From assembly GCA_013239625.1 (NCBI GenBank), contig MU053482.1, forward strand, positions 4,601,775-4,665,774: DNA of 64,000 nt. Reading direction: 5' to 3'. The DNA comes from Lama guanicoe (Eukaryota). Below are positions 1 through 13,762 of the stretch, piece by piece. Under the pieces are notes generated by a model that saw only the letters and a list, made by a program, of their open reading frames with translations, was not told the DNA's origin and ran no database searches. Each line of letters opens with the position of its first letter. Position 1 is the first letter of the stretch. Made by a program: the position numbers and the translations under genes.

Positions 1-830
1 ACAGTGGTAAGACAAAGCGCCCCTCCTTAGACCTTCCATAGGTCAGCCTATAGAAATGAGCTCACTTTGCAGTCATGTATGGAAAGAGTAACTGTCAAAA
101 AAAAAAAAAAGAGTAACTGTCAAGAGGCAGAGTGAGTTGTCAGGGAGGGCTTCTCTGAGGAAATACCATGTGGATAGACTTGATAGGAGCCAGTCCTGTG
201 AAGATCTGAGGAAGAATAGCGCAGTGCAAAAGCCTTTAAGGAACAAAAAAATCTCTTGTGACTGGAGCCCAGTGAGTGGAGGGTGAGTGAGACGTAAGAT
301 TAAAGAGGATGTTTTGTGTGTGTGTGTGTGTGTGTGTGTGCGCGTACATTGAAAGGAGAATGAAGCTTATTGCAAGTGGTGAAACAAAGCCTGAGAGCCT
401 GATGATGTTTCGTAATGTAGAACTAAGGAAGGGATGGCTCCTTAAAAAGGCTAGACCTTACTGGACTTACAGACAGGGTACAGCTAGCGTAAAAGGATAG
501 GATTCTATTTGTTTATTTTCTTCACTTGTTATATAATACCACTTTAGATGTGTAGGCATGGAAGCGATGTGTTCTATATATTGTTTTAGAGAGGCTTATA
601 TAGCACAGTGTGCAGGATTGCTTTGAAAGATAGGGGTCCTTGGAAGAATCTGTTATTAAAGCAGGCATGGATAGTTGGTGGTTAAAATGAAGATGGTGGC
701 CATGGTTATATTTCAGGTAGAAAACTGATAGGACTTAGTGACTAATTAATTTTATTTAGGAGTAAAGGGAAGGGAAGGATCAAATATGGCACCAAAGTTT
801 CTAACTTAGGTGACTAGAATAACAGAAAGA
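1..830 (-). mobile_element. L2 remnant
   Basis: gtcagggagggcttctctgaggaa and aggtagaaaactgataggactt are L2-type motifs. Confidence 0.55.
316..340. repeat. (TG)n microsatellite
   Basis: About 12 TG units. Confidence 0.95.
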
Positions 831-1627
831 ACCAGCAAGATTTAAAACTTTTTAAGGTACTATATTACAGTAGTTCCTCCCTGCTAGTGAATTTCCCTTG
901 CAAGAAATTTAAGCATTCTTTATTTTGACTTCACTGTTCCTTTATAGCTACTGGGAGAAGTTTAGATCTTTAATGTCAATTATATGTCCCTCCTGTTGAG
1001 GAAAATAAGAATTAAAGAGAGCTAGGGATTGACTATAGAAGAGTGGAGAGTTAAAGCAGATGCCACATAATGAGTACAGGTATTTGCAGGGAACCTTTGA
1101 GAAGAAGTGAAATATATTCTATTGACGTCTACAAGGCAGAAGGGAGCTCTAGTGTAAGAGGGGCAGGATCACAGAGCTGTGACTTCTAAGCCCTAAAATA
1201 AGGAAAGCATTGAACGCTTTGACAAAGGGCCATACTGAAATAAGGGAGGAAAAGCCTTTTAGTGTGTTTGTAAACTGCAGCAGAGGAAAATTAATACTCC
1301 AGACTCCTTTTGAAAACTAAAAAGCTTCCAGTGAGGAAGCGGAAACTACTAATAATCTGATTGCCAATTTAAGAAAATCATTGCTGTTATCTTATTTTGT
1401 CTTTGGAATTTTATTTTATTGAGTATAAAATTGTTTTAAGGACCTTTGTGGGTACATTCCAACTCTAGTCTCCCAATCTGACGTTTTCCCATGATATCTA
1501 AGTTCTTTAGCAATTTGCTTGCTATTGAGATAGTCCCTGTAGTTAGGGCTGGACTGATGTTTATCATTAGTTTGTGAGGGTAAAAATCTCATCTAGATTA
1601 TTTAATTTACTTCTCTTTCAAAAACTT

Positions 1628-2130
1628 ACTATGGAAAATTTCAAATATATTAAAAAATAGTGAAATAGTATAATGAATCCTTCTGTACCCATCACCCAGT
1701 TTTGGATATCAACTCATGATCAATCTTTTTTTGTCTTAAATCCTCCACTCTGATTATTTGGAAGCACACATCCATCATATCATCTGTAAATTATATCTCA
1801 GGTTGGTGCTAAGATTTTCCTGAGTGCCTCATAATTTTTTTTAAAACAGTCTGTTCAAATTGGGATCCAAACAAGATCTGTGCATTGAAATTGATTAATA
1901 AGACTCTTAACCTATTTAATCTATTTTAATCCCCTTACATCTTTTTTCCCTCCTTGCAGTTTATTCCTTGAAAATACGTATATTGGAAACTAATGGCATT
2001 TGTCATGTAGTTTTCCACAGTTTGGGTTTTGATGGTTGAATGACATAGTGTCATTTAATATTCTGTTCTCTGTATTTTTTGTGAGTTAATAATTAGGACA
2101 AGAATCCTGACCAGATTCAAGTTCAACAGT
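1628..2130 (-). mobile_element. Old L1 3' end (L1MC5/L1ME-like)
   Basis: tatggaaaatttcaaa...gtacccatcacccag...ggatccaaacaag; same family as 38188-38730. Confidence 0.6.
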
Positions 2131-2378
2131 TACATTTAAACTACCTTTGCCTTTTATTCATGTTGCCTTCTTATGCCTTCTCTTGTGAAAGTCTAAATTT
2201 TTTCTGAATTTATGAATTAGAGAAGGACTAATGTTTCATTAGATATTAATAGCTTTAGTTAATATCCAAACTCTGTAAAGCCCCCAGAGATCTCACATTT
2301 GTTATGATGGTAATATTAGTTATGCTTTAAAGAATAAAGATATTTTATAAATAACTTTCAAACATTTCATTTCAATAG

Positions 2379-2524
2379 GTGGGAATTTGAAGAATCTGAA
2401 GAAGATCCAGTGACAAGTATCCCATATCAGCTTCAAAGGCTTTTTGTTTTGTTACAAACGAGCAAAAAGAGAGCAATTGAAACCACAGATGTTACAAGGA
2501 GCTTTGGATGGGATAGTAGTGAGG
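2379..2524 (+). CDS. USP47: USP47 coding exon (first in window; upstream exons incl. catalytic Cys box lie outside)
   Basis: ttcaatag|G TGG GAA..., encodes [48 protein letters not shown]; donor G|gtacta; 146 nt. Confidence 0.96.
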
Positions 2525-3069
2525 GTACTAATTCTCTTATGATGATAAATATTTCTAGTAGTCAAAAGAATTCTGGGAGACCATATTATAAACAAATAAT
2601 GCTTATTAACATCTTAATTAACTTTAGCTTAAACCTTTTTATTGTTTTTTGCTGGCATTTAAAAATAACTTATTTTTAAAAAGCTCTAAGGCTTAAATTT
2701 TTGATCAATTAAAATTTTCTTATAAAGTAAGTTTGATTATGCTCTATGTACTTAAACTCAAATTTTAAAAGTGTGTTGTCTTAGGTTTTTGTTAACACAT
2801 TTCTTAACTCTACAGTGAAAAATAACAAAAACAGCAAATACTGTAGCACCATAAAGCATATGCTATTTATAAAATGCTAGTCTCTGCTGGTTTTTTTCCC
2901 TTGTGATTGCCTTTTCATGACTGTAGTGTATATTTTATGTTCTTTTTAAGTTTAACATTATTTTGTGTAAGCTTTTCCATGTTTGTGACAATTTGCTTTT
3001 AAACAACAAATTAGTGTTTTCTTACACTAAATTTATGGCTTTTTAAAATGAAATTTTATCTTAAAATAG

Positions 3070-3149
3070 CGTGGCAACAGCATGATGTGCAAGAACTCTG
3101 CAGAGTCATGTTTGATGCTTTGGAACAGAAATGGAAACAAACAGAACAG
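3070..3149 (+). CDS. USP47: USP47 coding exon (QQHDVQE box)
   Basis: aaatag|CG TGG CAA CAG CAT GAT; (A)[26 protein letters not shown]; donor gtaatt; 80 nt, phase fits previous exon. Confidence 0.96.
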
Positions 3150-5200
3150 GTAATTTATCTCAAGTTGAGGGGAGTGTTTTCTAATAAATTATTCATTACC
3201 TTAAACTGACTTTATTCTCTTGGAATGTCATAAAACTTGGGCATTAGTCCAGTCGTTAAAGTACTGAATCTGGAAACTTACAGTACTCGATTTCTCACTT
3301 GGCCATTAACTGAGTCATAAACATCCTCATTAAACCACCCTAGACCTCAGTTTTCTCATCTTTAAAATAAGGAAGTTGGGCTCTAGATGGTCTCTTTTTA
3401 GCTGAAAATTGTATAATTCATGTATGTGTGTGTGTATGGTTTTGGGGATGATTTTTGAATAGTATTTTCAGATATTTACTAAGTAGATTAGATGTCTTAT
3501 CTAGCACATTATGAAGTATAAAATACACATTATAAAGTACATTCATCTAGTATTACCTTCTTTTTAACCACTGAGGTCATATGCTTTTGACTTTTAGAAT
3601 CTTGTTAATCTGACCCTATTCTTATCCATCGGAAGAAGGAACAAGTTAGAAGTGGGGAGAACATTAGATATGTCACTGGGATGAGGGATAAGACTGAACT
3701 GGATGGGACTCAAGACTCGGTACAGAGGAGAATTTATGCTACGTGTAGTGTTAGAAGGTCGTTAGGGATAAAAACAGGGAAGAATCTGGAAGGTATGCTG
3801 GAAGATCTACTGTCTGATTGGAACTATTATGATGGCTTGGACTAAAGTTTTTCAAATGAGATTGTGGTCTGTTCATGGGTTATGAAATCAGTTTAGTGAA
3901 TCTACACCAGCACTTAAAAAAAATGGAATAAAATAGAAAAATATAAGAGAGCATTACATAATTAAGGGTAAGTTTTGTTTTATGCAACTTTGGTTACAGT
4001 TATATGTACTGGGTAAAAAGTGTAAGTTGTTTCCTTCCTATGAGTTGCTATCAAAAATGTTTTGAAAAATACTGGATTGAATGACTTAGAAAGGCCCTCC
4101 CAGACACAGAAGACATAATCAGATATAATTGGGCAGGTGAATAAAGAAGGTTTCATTAAGTATACAGTATTAGTGTAGACAGTGATGGTGGATCCTAATT
4201 TGAAGATTTATAAGTCCTAGATATTTGAAGATATGTAAATTTATGAAAAAAGTAAACTGTAATATGCTTTTCCTCTCATCTTTCCTTAAATATTGAAAAA
4301 AAATTAAGTTCATTTAGTGATCTAGTTTCTTTGCATAATCTATGGGATTGTATTTTAGTTTCTTTATGTAGATGGTATTAGGGACTGTTTCTTCTTCATA
4401 GGTATGAAGGTGCCCTTCCTCCTCATTACATCCTTCTGTGGGTCAACACTTCTGTTAAGATCAGCTGGGGCATTCCTTCTGAGTTTCCAAGTTTTGGTAC
4501 AAGAATCTTGAGGCAAGACATTCACATGGAAGGTTCTTACTTAGGGAAGTTACCTGCCTCCTTTGGGCAGAAGAGCCCCCCAGTTGGCTAAGTTTGAGAA
4601 GTAGATGAGAGATGCATTCTTTTAGGTGAGGATATTTTGAGGGAGGTGGCGTTTAAGATTATTTTTTCAATTTCTGTACATTAAAAAAAAATTAAAGTAT
4701 ATTTTTCCTTAAAATTGTTTTATGTGTATAACAGAGTTAAAAAGTTTCATTTGCACCTTGAGATAGAAGATATGATTTTAGAAATCAGAGTAGATTATTG
4801 TGAAAGTGGTGATAAATATATGTGAAGCTATAAAAATAGCAAGTTATTTAGCTTTGTGATTATCAACATGCCTAAAATGATGTATTCTCATCCTAATGAA
4901 AAAATAATATGAGGCTTATTAGTAAAAAAAAATTGATAACTGATTTCAACAAAACATTTTAATAGTGAGATTTTTAGTGACATGAGAATTGAAATAGTTA
5001 ATTTTTATACATTCTTAATTTATTGGTTTTTGTTAAGCCTTGGTTTTTTCTGTAGAATTTTAGATAAATCATAAATTAAAACTTTCTAAAACTTCAACAG
5101 TAAGAATCAGTATCCTTCTGAAACTCATTCTAAAGGTGTGAAATATTGGTAAATTATTTTTAAGGAACCCCATTAAAAATGCAAATGTTTTTATTTTTAG

Positions 5201-5350
5201 GCTGATCTTATAAATGAACTGTATCAAGGCAAGCTGAAGGACTACGTGAGATGTCTGGAATGTGGTTATGAGGGCTGGAGAATCGACACATACCTTGATA
5301 TTCCATTGGTCATCCGACCTTATGGGTCCAGCCAAGCATTTGCTAGTGTG
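5201..5350 (+). CDS. USP47: USP47 coding exon (first CxxC of fingers subdomain)
   Basis: ttttag|[56 protein letters not shown]; weak donor GTG|gtgtgt; 150 nt. Confidence 0.95.
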
Positions 5351-7058
5351 GTGTGTACCTTTCAGCTGACTGCTTATGTATCCATGCACAGAATACATAA
5401 TAGCAAAGTGGTATAATGTGTCCTAAGGTAAGTATCATCCTAGATACACCTTCTTGGGTTGTCATTCCTGCATTTAAAGTAGCAAGATCTAGAAGACTTT
5501 GACCCTTCAGTGAGTCCTGATAGTGCATGTATGAGAGAGAAAGTGAATGCAAATGTACTGCCTCATGGCTCAGTATTTTATTCTTTCTTAAGGAGACTAG
5601 ATTATTATTTCACTTTATCTTTTTTTTTTTTAAACCTCTAAGTAATCTATTTTATAAATGCTACCTTTGTGACTTTTTTTTTTTGCTTTGGAAAGTACTT
5701 TTTTGTTTGAGGGGTATTATTTTGTTCCATGCACTTAAAATTGGAAAAGTACCTCTGGTTTTTATGACAGAGGCCACAATTTTTAAATGCCCATCCCTAT
5801 TCTAAAATTTAATTTAAAATCACCAGGCATTATATAAACACAGATAATTTAAAGACTCAGAACTATATATAATTAGCTTAGTTATTTATATATACTGAGT
5901 ATCTAATTGAGAGATTAAGATTTTCTCATTCCTCCTCTTATCTATTTTAAACTACTTTTTGATAATTTTATTATTGCATTTTTGTCTTTGTATGTGTGTG
6001 TTTAATTGCTTATACAAAAGGAGAGTCGTGGAAGTAGTTAAGTTGATATTTAAAATTGGAATATTCGGAGACATCTATTTGAACCTATTATGAGCCAGGG
6101 AAACTTTCAAAGCTAACTAAGGCATCTAAAAAGTAGAATTGCATTATGGTGTTATTTTGGATCTTTTTTATGCTGCAATCAAGCTGATGGTGGCTTGTAG
6201 CTAAAAATCAGTGTTCTTAAAGCTAGTCCATACTTTAGCTTCTAAAATAGTGCTACAAGTATGGTTTAGTACTCTGGCCTCTAGGACAATTGATAGCCTT
6301 TGCTTTTTTTTCTCCTACTTTTATATGACTGTCAAGAAAAAATCAGCAAGAAGTTATGGAATCCCTCAGTGGGAACCCAAAGTAAAAGATCTTTCCTGGG
6401 TAGTGGAAGATCGGATCTCCTTTGCTCCACTATTTTCAGTCAGCTTCCCGAATAGATCTGAAAATTTGTGTTAAATGCTTAATAGTACCCTTTATACACT
6501 GCCATTCTGTGTATATGAGATTGGCCTTGGTTTGAATGGCTAGTTTTATTTTTCATTTTTGTTTTGCTTTTACTTTTATTTTATTTTGGCAGTTTAAGGT
6601 AGCAGTGACACACTGAAAAATTATTAACGCTTGTCTTTCAGTGACTTTTCTTCTAACTCATTTTTAAATATTGGCATTTCTTTAACATAGTATACTCAGG
6701 AAATATTTAGTAATCCCAACTGATGTACACTGTCTTTCTTCTGTGTTTATGAAAGTATTTTTTATGTAAGATATTTCATGAGTATGTTCAGTTTAGTTTT
6801 TTTACATATTTATTGAATGTTGAGGAAGCTGGTTTTATTTGTGTTATGTTGGTATCTAATATCTGAGTAGTCAGCAACCATAATTGCATAGCTGAATCTT
6901 TACATCATTATTTATTCACCTGCTGAATTGTCACCACTCTTTTAAGTACATTATAGACACAGCAGTGGAGTGATTTGGAGGATACTTTTGGAGAAGTAAA
7001 AAAAGTAACATTTCTGAATGGAATTCTCCAAAGGTAATATCTTACATTGATACATGGA

Positions 7059-7087
7059 CGGTGGTGGTGGTGGTGGTGGTGGTGGTG
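7059..7087. repeat. (GGT)n microsatellite
   Basis: About 9 GGT units. Confidence 0.95.
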
Positions 7088-7796
7088 ATTATTCAATGAG
7101 AATTGGAAGATACAACTATGAAGCAGTATGTGAGCAGTTTTATAACACACATGCGCTACTAGGACTTGCAGAAGGGAACCTAAAACTTCCTAGACTTTTC
7201 TGGAATCTCATGAGGGAAATTACAGCAGGAGAAACTACCCAAGATAGGGGTTCTAAGGAGGATACTACCTTCAGAGAACTTTAGTTAGAGGTAAGTGATT
7301 TCCCTTTATTTTCTGAATTCAAACCTATAACCTACACTTCTTAAACTGTAAAAATCATCATACAGCATCTAAATTTAGTGTTATGTCACTGCTTGCCATT
7401 GTGTATTTTGTTAGTGTATGTGTTTTAAAAAGAATTTGGTGTAAATGTGGATTGTAAAAATCTAGTTAAAAGAAGCATTATAAAATCTCATTCAGATTAT
7501 AATATTTGGCCTTAATTTGAATTGAACTCTTAAAATTTTTTTTTTTACTTTTATTAGTGGACTCTGGTATGTTTGTTTTATTGGCTATATATACATACAC
7601 ACAAAAATGTACATGAATACATGCACACGTATGTACACACATACTTACATACACGTACAACAGTGATGGTTATATGTTCTGTTTATTATGTATTCCGTAC
7701 AGCGAGCCACAATATGATAGTAATGTGTGTACAGTGAGGTTAATAATTGTGTTTAATTTCAGGTAACTAAGTGTGAAGTTCTGTTAAAAATGAAAG

Positions 7797-7936
7797 TTTT
7801 TTGGGGAGTGGGGTGGGAAAGAGGTAATTAGGTTTATTTATTTATTTATTTATTTTCAGAGGAGATACTGGGGATTGAACCCAGCACATTGTGCATGCTG
7901 AGACTGCACTCTACCACTTGAGCTATATCCTCCCCC
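7797..7936 (-). mobile_element. tRNA-derived SINE (Vic-1-like)
   Basis: Minus strand ggggaggatatagctcaagtggtagag...gggttcaatccccagtatctcc with A/B boxes, aaacctaattacc tail. Confidence 0.85.
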
Positions 7937-10900
7937 TGAAACTTAATCTGAAACGTCCAGTTTCTGGAGTTATCTTTATGTTTAAATACATTAACTTGAG
8001 AATAGTATTTAAGAGTAAGAATGGAATTAGAAGTTAGTTAATTTTTTATTTTATCTGTAATCAGTTTTGATAGTTATTTTACAGCATGATTAATAGACTT
8101 TTTTAAATAAGTGCTAGAATTGTCTACAGTTTTTTAAAAAAGCTTTTCATCCTAATATTTTCTTTATGGAATCATTTCTTAGTTATTACAGCTGAAATAT
8201 GTATTAAATTTTTGGTCTTCATTTTTCCTGGCCAAGTCATGAAAGGGATTCTTCTGCCATTCTGTCTCTCAGATTGAGTTCTGTTCAACACTAGTCTCCA
8301 GTGGGATTTAATAGATGTTTGGGAGAAGACTTCTGATTAAGTAAATTTGAGAAACTGTGTAACTGTAATTCTCTTTGGGAAGTTCACAGTGTATATGTAA
8401 TTTTAAATGCCCTGAGTGTTCCTATAGTAGAGAAATTTGTTTAACTCTGTTTAACCAATGTGTTCTTTTTCTCTATGGGACATCTGTTAGTATTTCAAGG
8501 GCCACTAAGATTCTTGAGGAACTTATTTTGTGAAGCTCTGCATTAGATTAAGGTGATTCAAGGAAATCTCTGCTTTGTTACTTTAACATTTATGTCTTTG
8601 GGATGTTGAGGGGGAGTGAGAATACTAAAATATATGTTATAATTCCCATTTGTTTTACATATTTTGTTATTAATCCTGAAAAATCAGTATCAACTGAAAA
8701 ATTACTTGTATTAGTCTTTTTAAAAACTTAATTCTCAGTGATTTATTAGTAATTAGAACTTTTTATTTTCACTAATTAGAGCTGTCTACATAAAACCCAT
8801 CTCTGAATTTCATAATGAAAGAAACCTTGAATCTGCTTATTGCCAAGCATGTTTGAGAATGTATTATCATAAGAAGATAGTCTTAAATACATTCTAATGA
8901 TATATAAAAACTGGAAGCAGTTTTTCTGGTTAATTATGAAAGTGTATTTCATAAACTAAACAAAAATTATATAGCCTCATATGTTTGGCATTAACTAGGG
9001 AAAAGCATTTTTACTTAACAGTATATTTTAAATACTATTTTTAAAGGTATCTTTTCTCATATTTATTGAGTTGCTTAGTCTGTGACAGTCACTACGCTAG
9101 GCCATTTCTACTAGGGTAGTTTTATTTTCTTTTGGGGTAAGTACATTTAAATATCTGTTTATTATGACAAAATATGTTCAAAAGTCTGAGATTGGATTTA
9201 CCTATATAGTTCCCTATAGTGTCTTTGAAAAGATCACATTATGTAAGACTTTTGTTCCCTAAGAAACACAATTTAATGATTGTTTTAAAGTTTTGAATGA
9301 AAAATTGTTAATTCATAAGTATTTATGAAATCATAAATGTTTCAAGTGTTTAGTATACACAAGTGTGTATCCTAAGTCCTACCCTGATTTAACGGGTAAT
9401 TTGGAGGTTCTTATATGACTGGCTTAGGTTTATAACTCATTTGGATGGTGGAGTAGTCCAGATTTGTCCAAATATATAAGCATCACATAAAGAAAAATCT
9501 CTTCCACAGACTCTACCCTCATTTTTCCAGGAATTTGTGTGGTTGAACACAGTAGGAACCAGTTTAAAAAGTGGGGACTTCTGCTTTCAGGATGATGGAG
9601 TAGATGTACATTGCCCTATTCTTCCCGCTAAAACAACTGAAATCTTGAACATTATATATAAAATAAACATAAGAAGACTCTGAAAGGTGGAGAAAAGGCA
9701 TAAAGACTAGGGACCTCAGGACTCAAGGAATGACATGGGGTGAGTTCCCTGGGTTTTCTTTTTGCCTAATATATCCCAAACTTGGAGTTGAAGAAGCTGG
9801 CAGGCTGGAAATAGCAACAGGCACAGACTAATAAAGCCTGCTCTCTCTAGCCAAAAGGCCAGGAAAGGGATAGCCTAGCAAGGCAGAACTCTTGGCCAGT
9901 AACCGCTTTGTGCTTTAGCCAAACAATGCAGAAACACTATGGCCCCGACCCTAATCCATGCCAGCCATGGCTGAGGAGGGAGCCTAGACTTCCAACCTCA
10001 TGAAGGTATAACAAGGCTTTCCAACTCCCTGCTACGGTGGTTTCAGAGAATACTGAGTAGGGAGCCAAAAGTCTCTTCCCTGCTGGGCAGTACTGAACCC
10101 CCCACAGCCATTCTCCCTTTCCCCTGGTTCACTGTCATTAAACACCATGTGGGGAGATTGGCCTTACACTCCTACCTGACAGTAAGGAAATTTTCCTTTC
10201 CTTCCCGACTGGAATAATGTTAGAGGAGGCCTGGGTGAGAATCAGGACTTTCAGCCACCTCCCAGCAGTAAGGAGGCTATCCCTCTCCCACCTGTGGTAT
10301 CACTGGAGGCCACAGGGGGGACAGTAATGAGATACTCCTGCCTCTCACAGCCTAGGAGGCCTCCTGAGCAGCCAGAGTCCCTACCTTTGCCCAGCAGTAA
10401 TGAGGAGCCCCTCCTCACCTCGAGTATCAAAAGAGGCCGGGTGAAAAACCTGGACTTCTGCTCCCACTTGGCAGTAATGAGGCAGGGGCCTTTTCCTCAC
10501 ATCGAGCAGTGTCAAGAAGCCAGCTAAATCAGAAGATTTAAATAGGGTCCAGAATATCACTGTATTCAAAATGTCCAGGTTTCTATGTAAACAAATCATT
10601 CATTATGTTAAGAATCAGGAAAATCTCATTTTGAATGGAGAAAGAGAATCGATAGACAGAAACACCAAAATGACAGATGTTAGAATTATCTGACAAATAT
10701 TTTAAAGCAGGCATCATAGGAATACTTCAGTGAGAGATCTTAAACCCACTTGAAACAAATGAGAAAATACAAAGTCTTGGGGAAGAAACAGCAGATATAA
10801 AGAAAAATGGAATGGGAATTTAGAACTGAGAAATGCAAGAACAAAAATTAAGTCAATGGATAGTCTCAACAGCAGAATGGAAAAGACAAATAAATGTAAA

Positions 10901-11694
10901 GAATTAGTGAACTTGAAGATAGAACAATAAAAGTTGTCCAATCTAAATAGCAGAGAGAAAATAGACTGGGGACCTATGAGACTATAACAAAAGGTCTAAC
11001 ATTTGTGTCACTGGAGTCTTAGAAGGCAGGGCTAGAAAAATACTCAAAGAAATAATGGCTGATGACTTCCCAAATTTGCCAAAATGCATGAACTTACAGG
11101 TCCAAGAAGCTGAGCAAACCGCTGATAAGATAAGCCAAAAGAACTTTACATCAAATTCAATTATAGTTAAACTTCTGGAAACCAAAGACAAAATATCTTG
11201 AAAGCACTGAGTGCAAAAAGGCACTTCTTACAAGGGAAAAGCACTCTGATTCTTCATGACAGATTTGTTATTAGAAACTATGCAGGCCATAAGTGGCACA
11301 TTTTTCAAGTGTCGAAAGAAAACAGCTGTCAACTAGAGTCATATACCCAGGAGAAATATTATTCAGGAATGAAGGGGAAATCAAGACATTCTTGGATGAG
11401 AAAACACTGAGAGAATTTGTCACGAGCAGACCTACCTTAAAAAAATAGCTGAAAAACCCTCTCTAAACAGAAAGGAAATGATAAAAGGAAAGCATCTTGA
11501 AACATTACAAGTGAAGAAGGAACATGGTAAGCAAAAATCTGAATCAATTCAGTAGGCTTTCCTTCTCCTGAGTTTTTGAAATTATGTTTGATAGTTGAAC
11601 CAGAACTGTCTGATGTGGTTCTAAATATATGTAGAGAAACTGTGTAAAACAATTATTTTATAAATGAGAGAAGGTAAACAGATACAGAGGTAAG

Positions 11695-11839
11695 TTTTTT
11701 TTTTAATTTTTTTCCTACCGTTTTTGGAGGAGGGCGGTAATTAGGTCTATTTATGTTTTAATGGAGGTACTGGGGGTTGAACCCAGGACCTCATGCACAC
11801 TAAGCATGTGCTCTATCACTGAACTCTACCTACCCCCCC
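11695..11839 (-). mobile_element. tRNA-derived SINE (Vic-1-like) inside old L1
   Basis: ggaggtactgggggttgaacccaggacc core on the plus strand. Confidence 0.85.
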
Positions 11840-12264
11840 ACCAAGTAAGGTTTCTATACTTCAGCTTGTAAAAGGGTGAGGCCAAATAGACTGATAAATT
11901 TTGTGTATGTAATGTAATACCTAGTGCAACCACTGAAAAAGAGATAAACTCAAAAAGATAAATCAAAATAAAAATTTTTTAATGTTCAAGTTGTTCACAG
12001 GAAAACAGAAAAAAGAAAACAAACAGAAAAATTTAAATAGCAGGCTTAGTTCCATGTAAGTGTTCTGATTATAGTAAGTAAAAGGCAGAAGTCAACATAT
12101 TAGCTTAAAAAAAATGACCCAACAGTATGCTATGTACAGAAAATTTCCTTCAATATATTGGTATAGGCAGTTTCAAAGTAAAAGGACTGAAAATGATATA
12201 TTATGTAAATATTAATCAAGAGAAATGAGGAATGGCTATATTAATATCAGGTAAAGTAGGCTTT

Positions 12265-12375
12265 TTTTTTAAGGTCCTCCCTCCCTTTTTTTAATGGAGG
12301 TACTGGGGATTGAACTCAGGACTTCATGCATCCTGAGTATGCTCACTCTCTGTCACTGAACTGTTTTCCTTCCCC
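12265..12375 (-). mobile_element. tRNA-derived SINE (Vic-1-like) inside old L1
   Basis: Same core; TSD gtaaagtag(g/a)cttt at 12251-12264 and 12376-12389. Confidence 0.85.
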
Positions 12376-13762
12376 GTAAAGTAGACTTTAAGGCAAAGAA
12401 GATTACTAGAGGCAGAGAAGGGCATTATCTAATGATAAAAGGGTTGGTTCATCAGGAAGACAACAATCTTAAACGTGAATGTACCAAATAACAGAGCTGC
12501 AAAATATGTGAAGCAAAAATTGTCCGAACTGAAAGAAGAAATTGACAAATCTACAATTATAGTTGGAGATTTCAGTGTGCTTTGCTAAATAATTGATAGG
12601 TAGAATCTCTAGACAGAAAATTAGCAAAGATAGAGAACTCAACAATGCCATCAACATTTATTAAATGGTCCATTCAACAAAAGCAGAGTACAGATTCTTT
12701 CCAACTGCCCATGGGCTTGGATAGACCATATCCTGGGTCATACTACCCTCAACAAATTTAAAAGAATTAAAATCATGGAGAATATCTTTTTCAGCCACAC
12801 TGGAATCAAATTGGAAATCAGTAACAGAAAGATAACTGGAAAATCACCAAACATTTGAAAAATAAACAACACACTTCTAAATAATCCGTAAGTCAAAGAG
12901 AAGGTCTCAAGGGAAATTTTTTAAAAATACTTTGAAATGAATGAAAATGAAAATATAACATATCACAAATTTAGAGACACAACTGAAGCAATACTACTGA
13001 GAGGGAAGTTTACAACATTAAATGCTAGCCTTTGGTAAAAATTCTTACATTAGAAAAAAGAGGAAATATTTTGAATTAATAATCTTAAGCTTCCACCTAA
13101 CTTGGAAAAAGAGCAAAAGAAACCCAAAGGCAGCAAAAGGACAGACATAATAAAGAGCAGAAATCAGTGAAATTGAAAACAGAAAATCAGTAAGAGCTAA
13201 TTATTTGAAAAAATCAACACAATTGACAAACCTATAGCAAGACTGACAAAAGGAAAAAAAAAGATAAGACAGAATTTTCTAGTATTAAGAATGAAATTAT
13301 TACCACTGCAAACCTTGTAGATATCAAAAGGATAGGGACTACAGTGAACAACTCTGCACACGTAGGTTTGATAACTTAGATGAAATGAACCAATGCCTTG
13401 AAAAGCACAAACTATAACTCATCTAATATGGTTTAGATAATTTGAATAGCCCTATAACTGTTAAGATATTCATAATTTAAAATCTCTTAAAAAGAAAATG
13501 TATAAGTTGGGATTGTTTCACTGGAGACTTGTACTAAACATTTTAGAACAATCAACCCCAATTCTACACAACTTTTTCCAAAATATAGAAAGGAGGGAAC
13601 CCTTCCAAGTGTATTTTATGAAACTAGGCTTATCTTAATACTAAGCCAAAGACAGTTAAACAAAAAACTATAACCAAGCAAGTATCCTTAAAGCATGTAG
13701 ATAGGAAAATCCTTATCAAAATATTAGCAAGTAAAATTAAGCAATATGTAAAAGAATTTTAA

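Noticed and set aside
7054..7284. Poly-Gly ORF (and antisense poly-His ORF 6908..7150)
   Set aside because: Translation of a (GGT)n microsatellite; no other coding signal.
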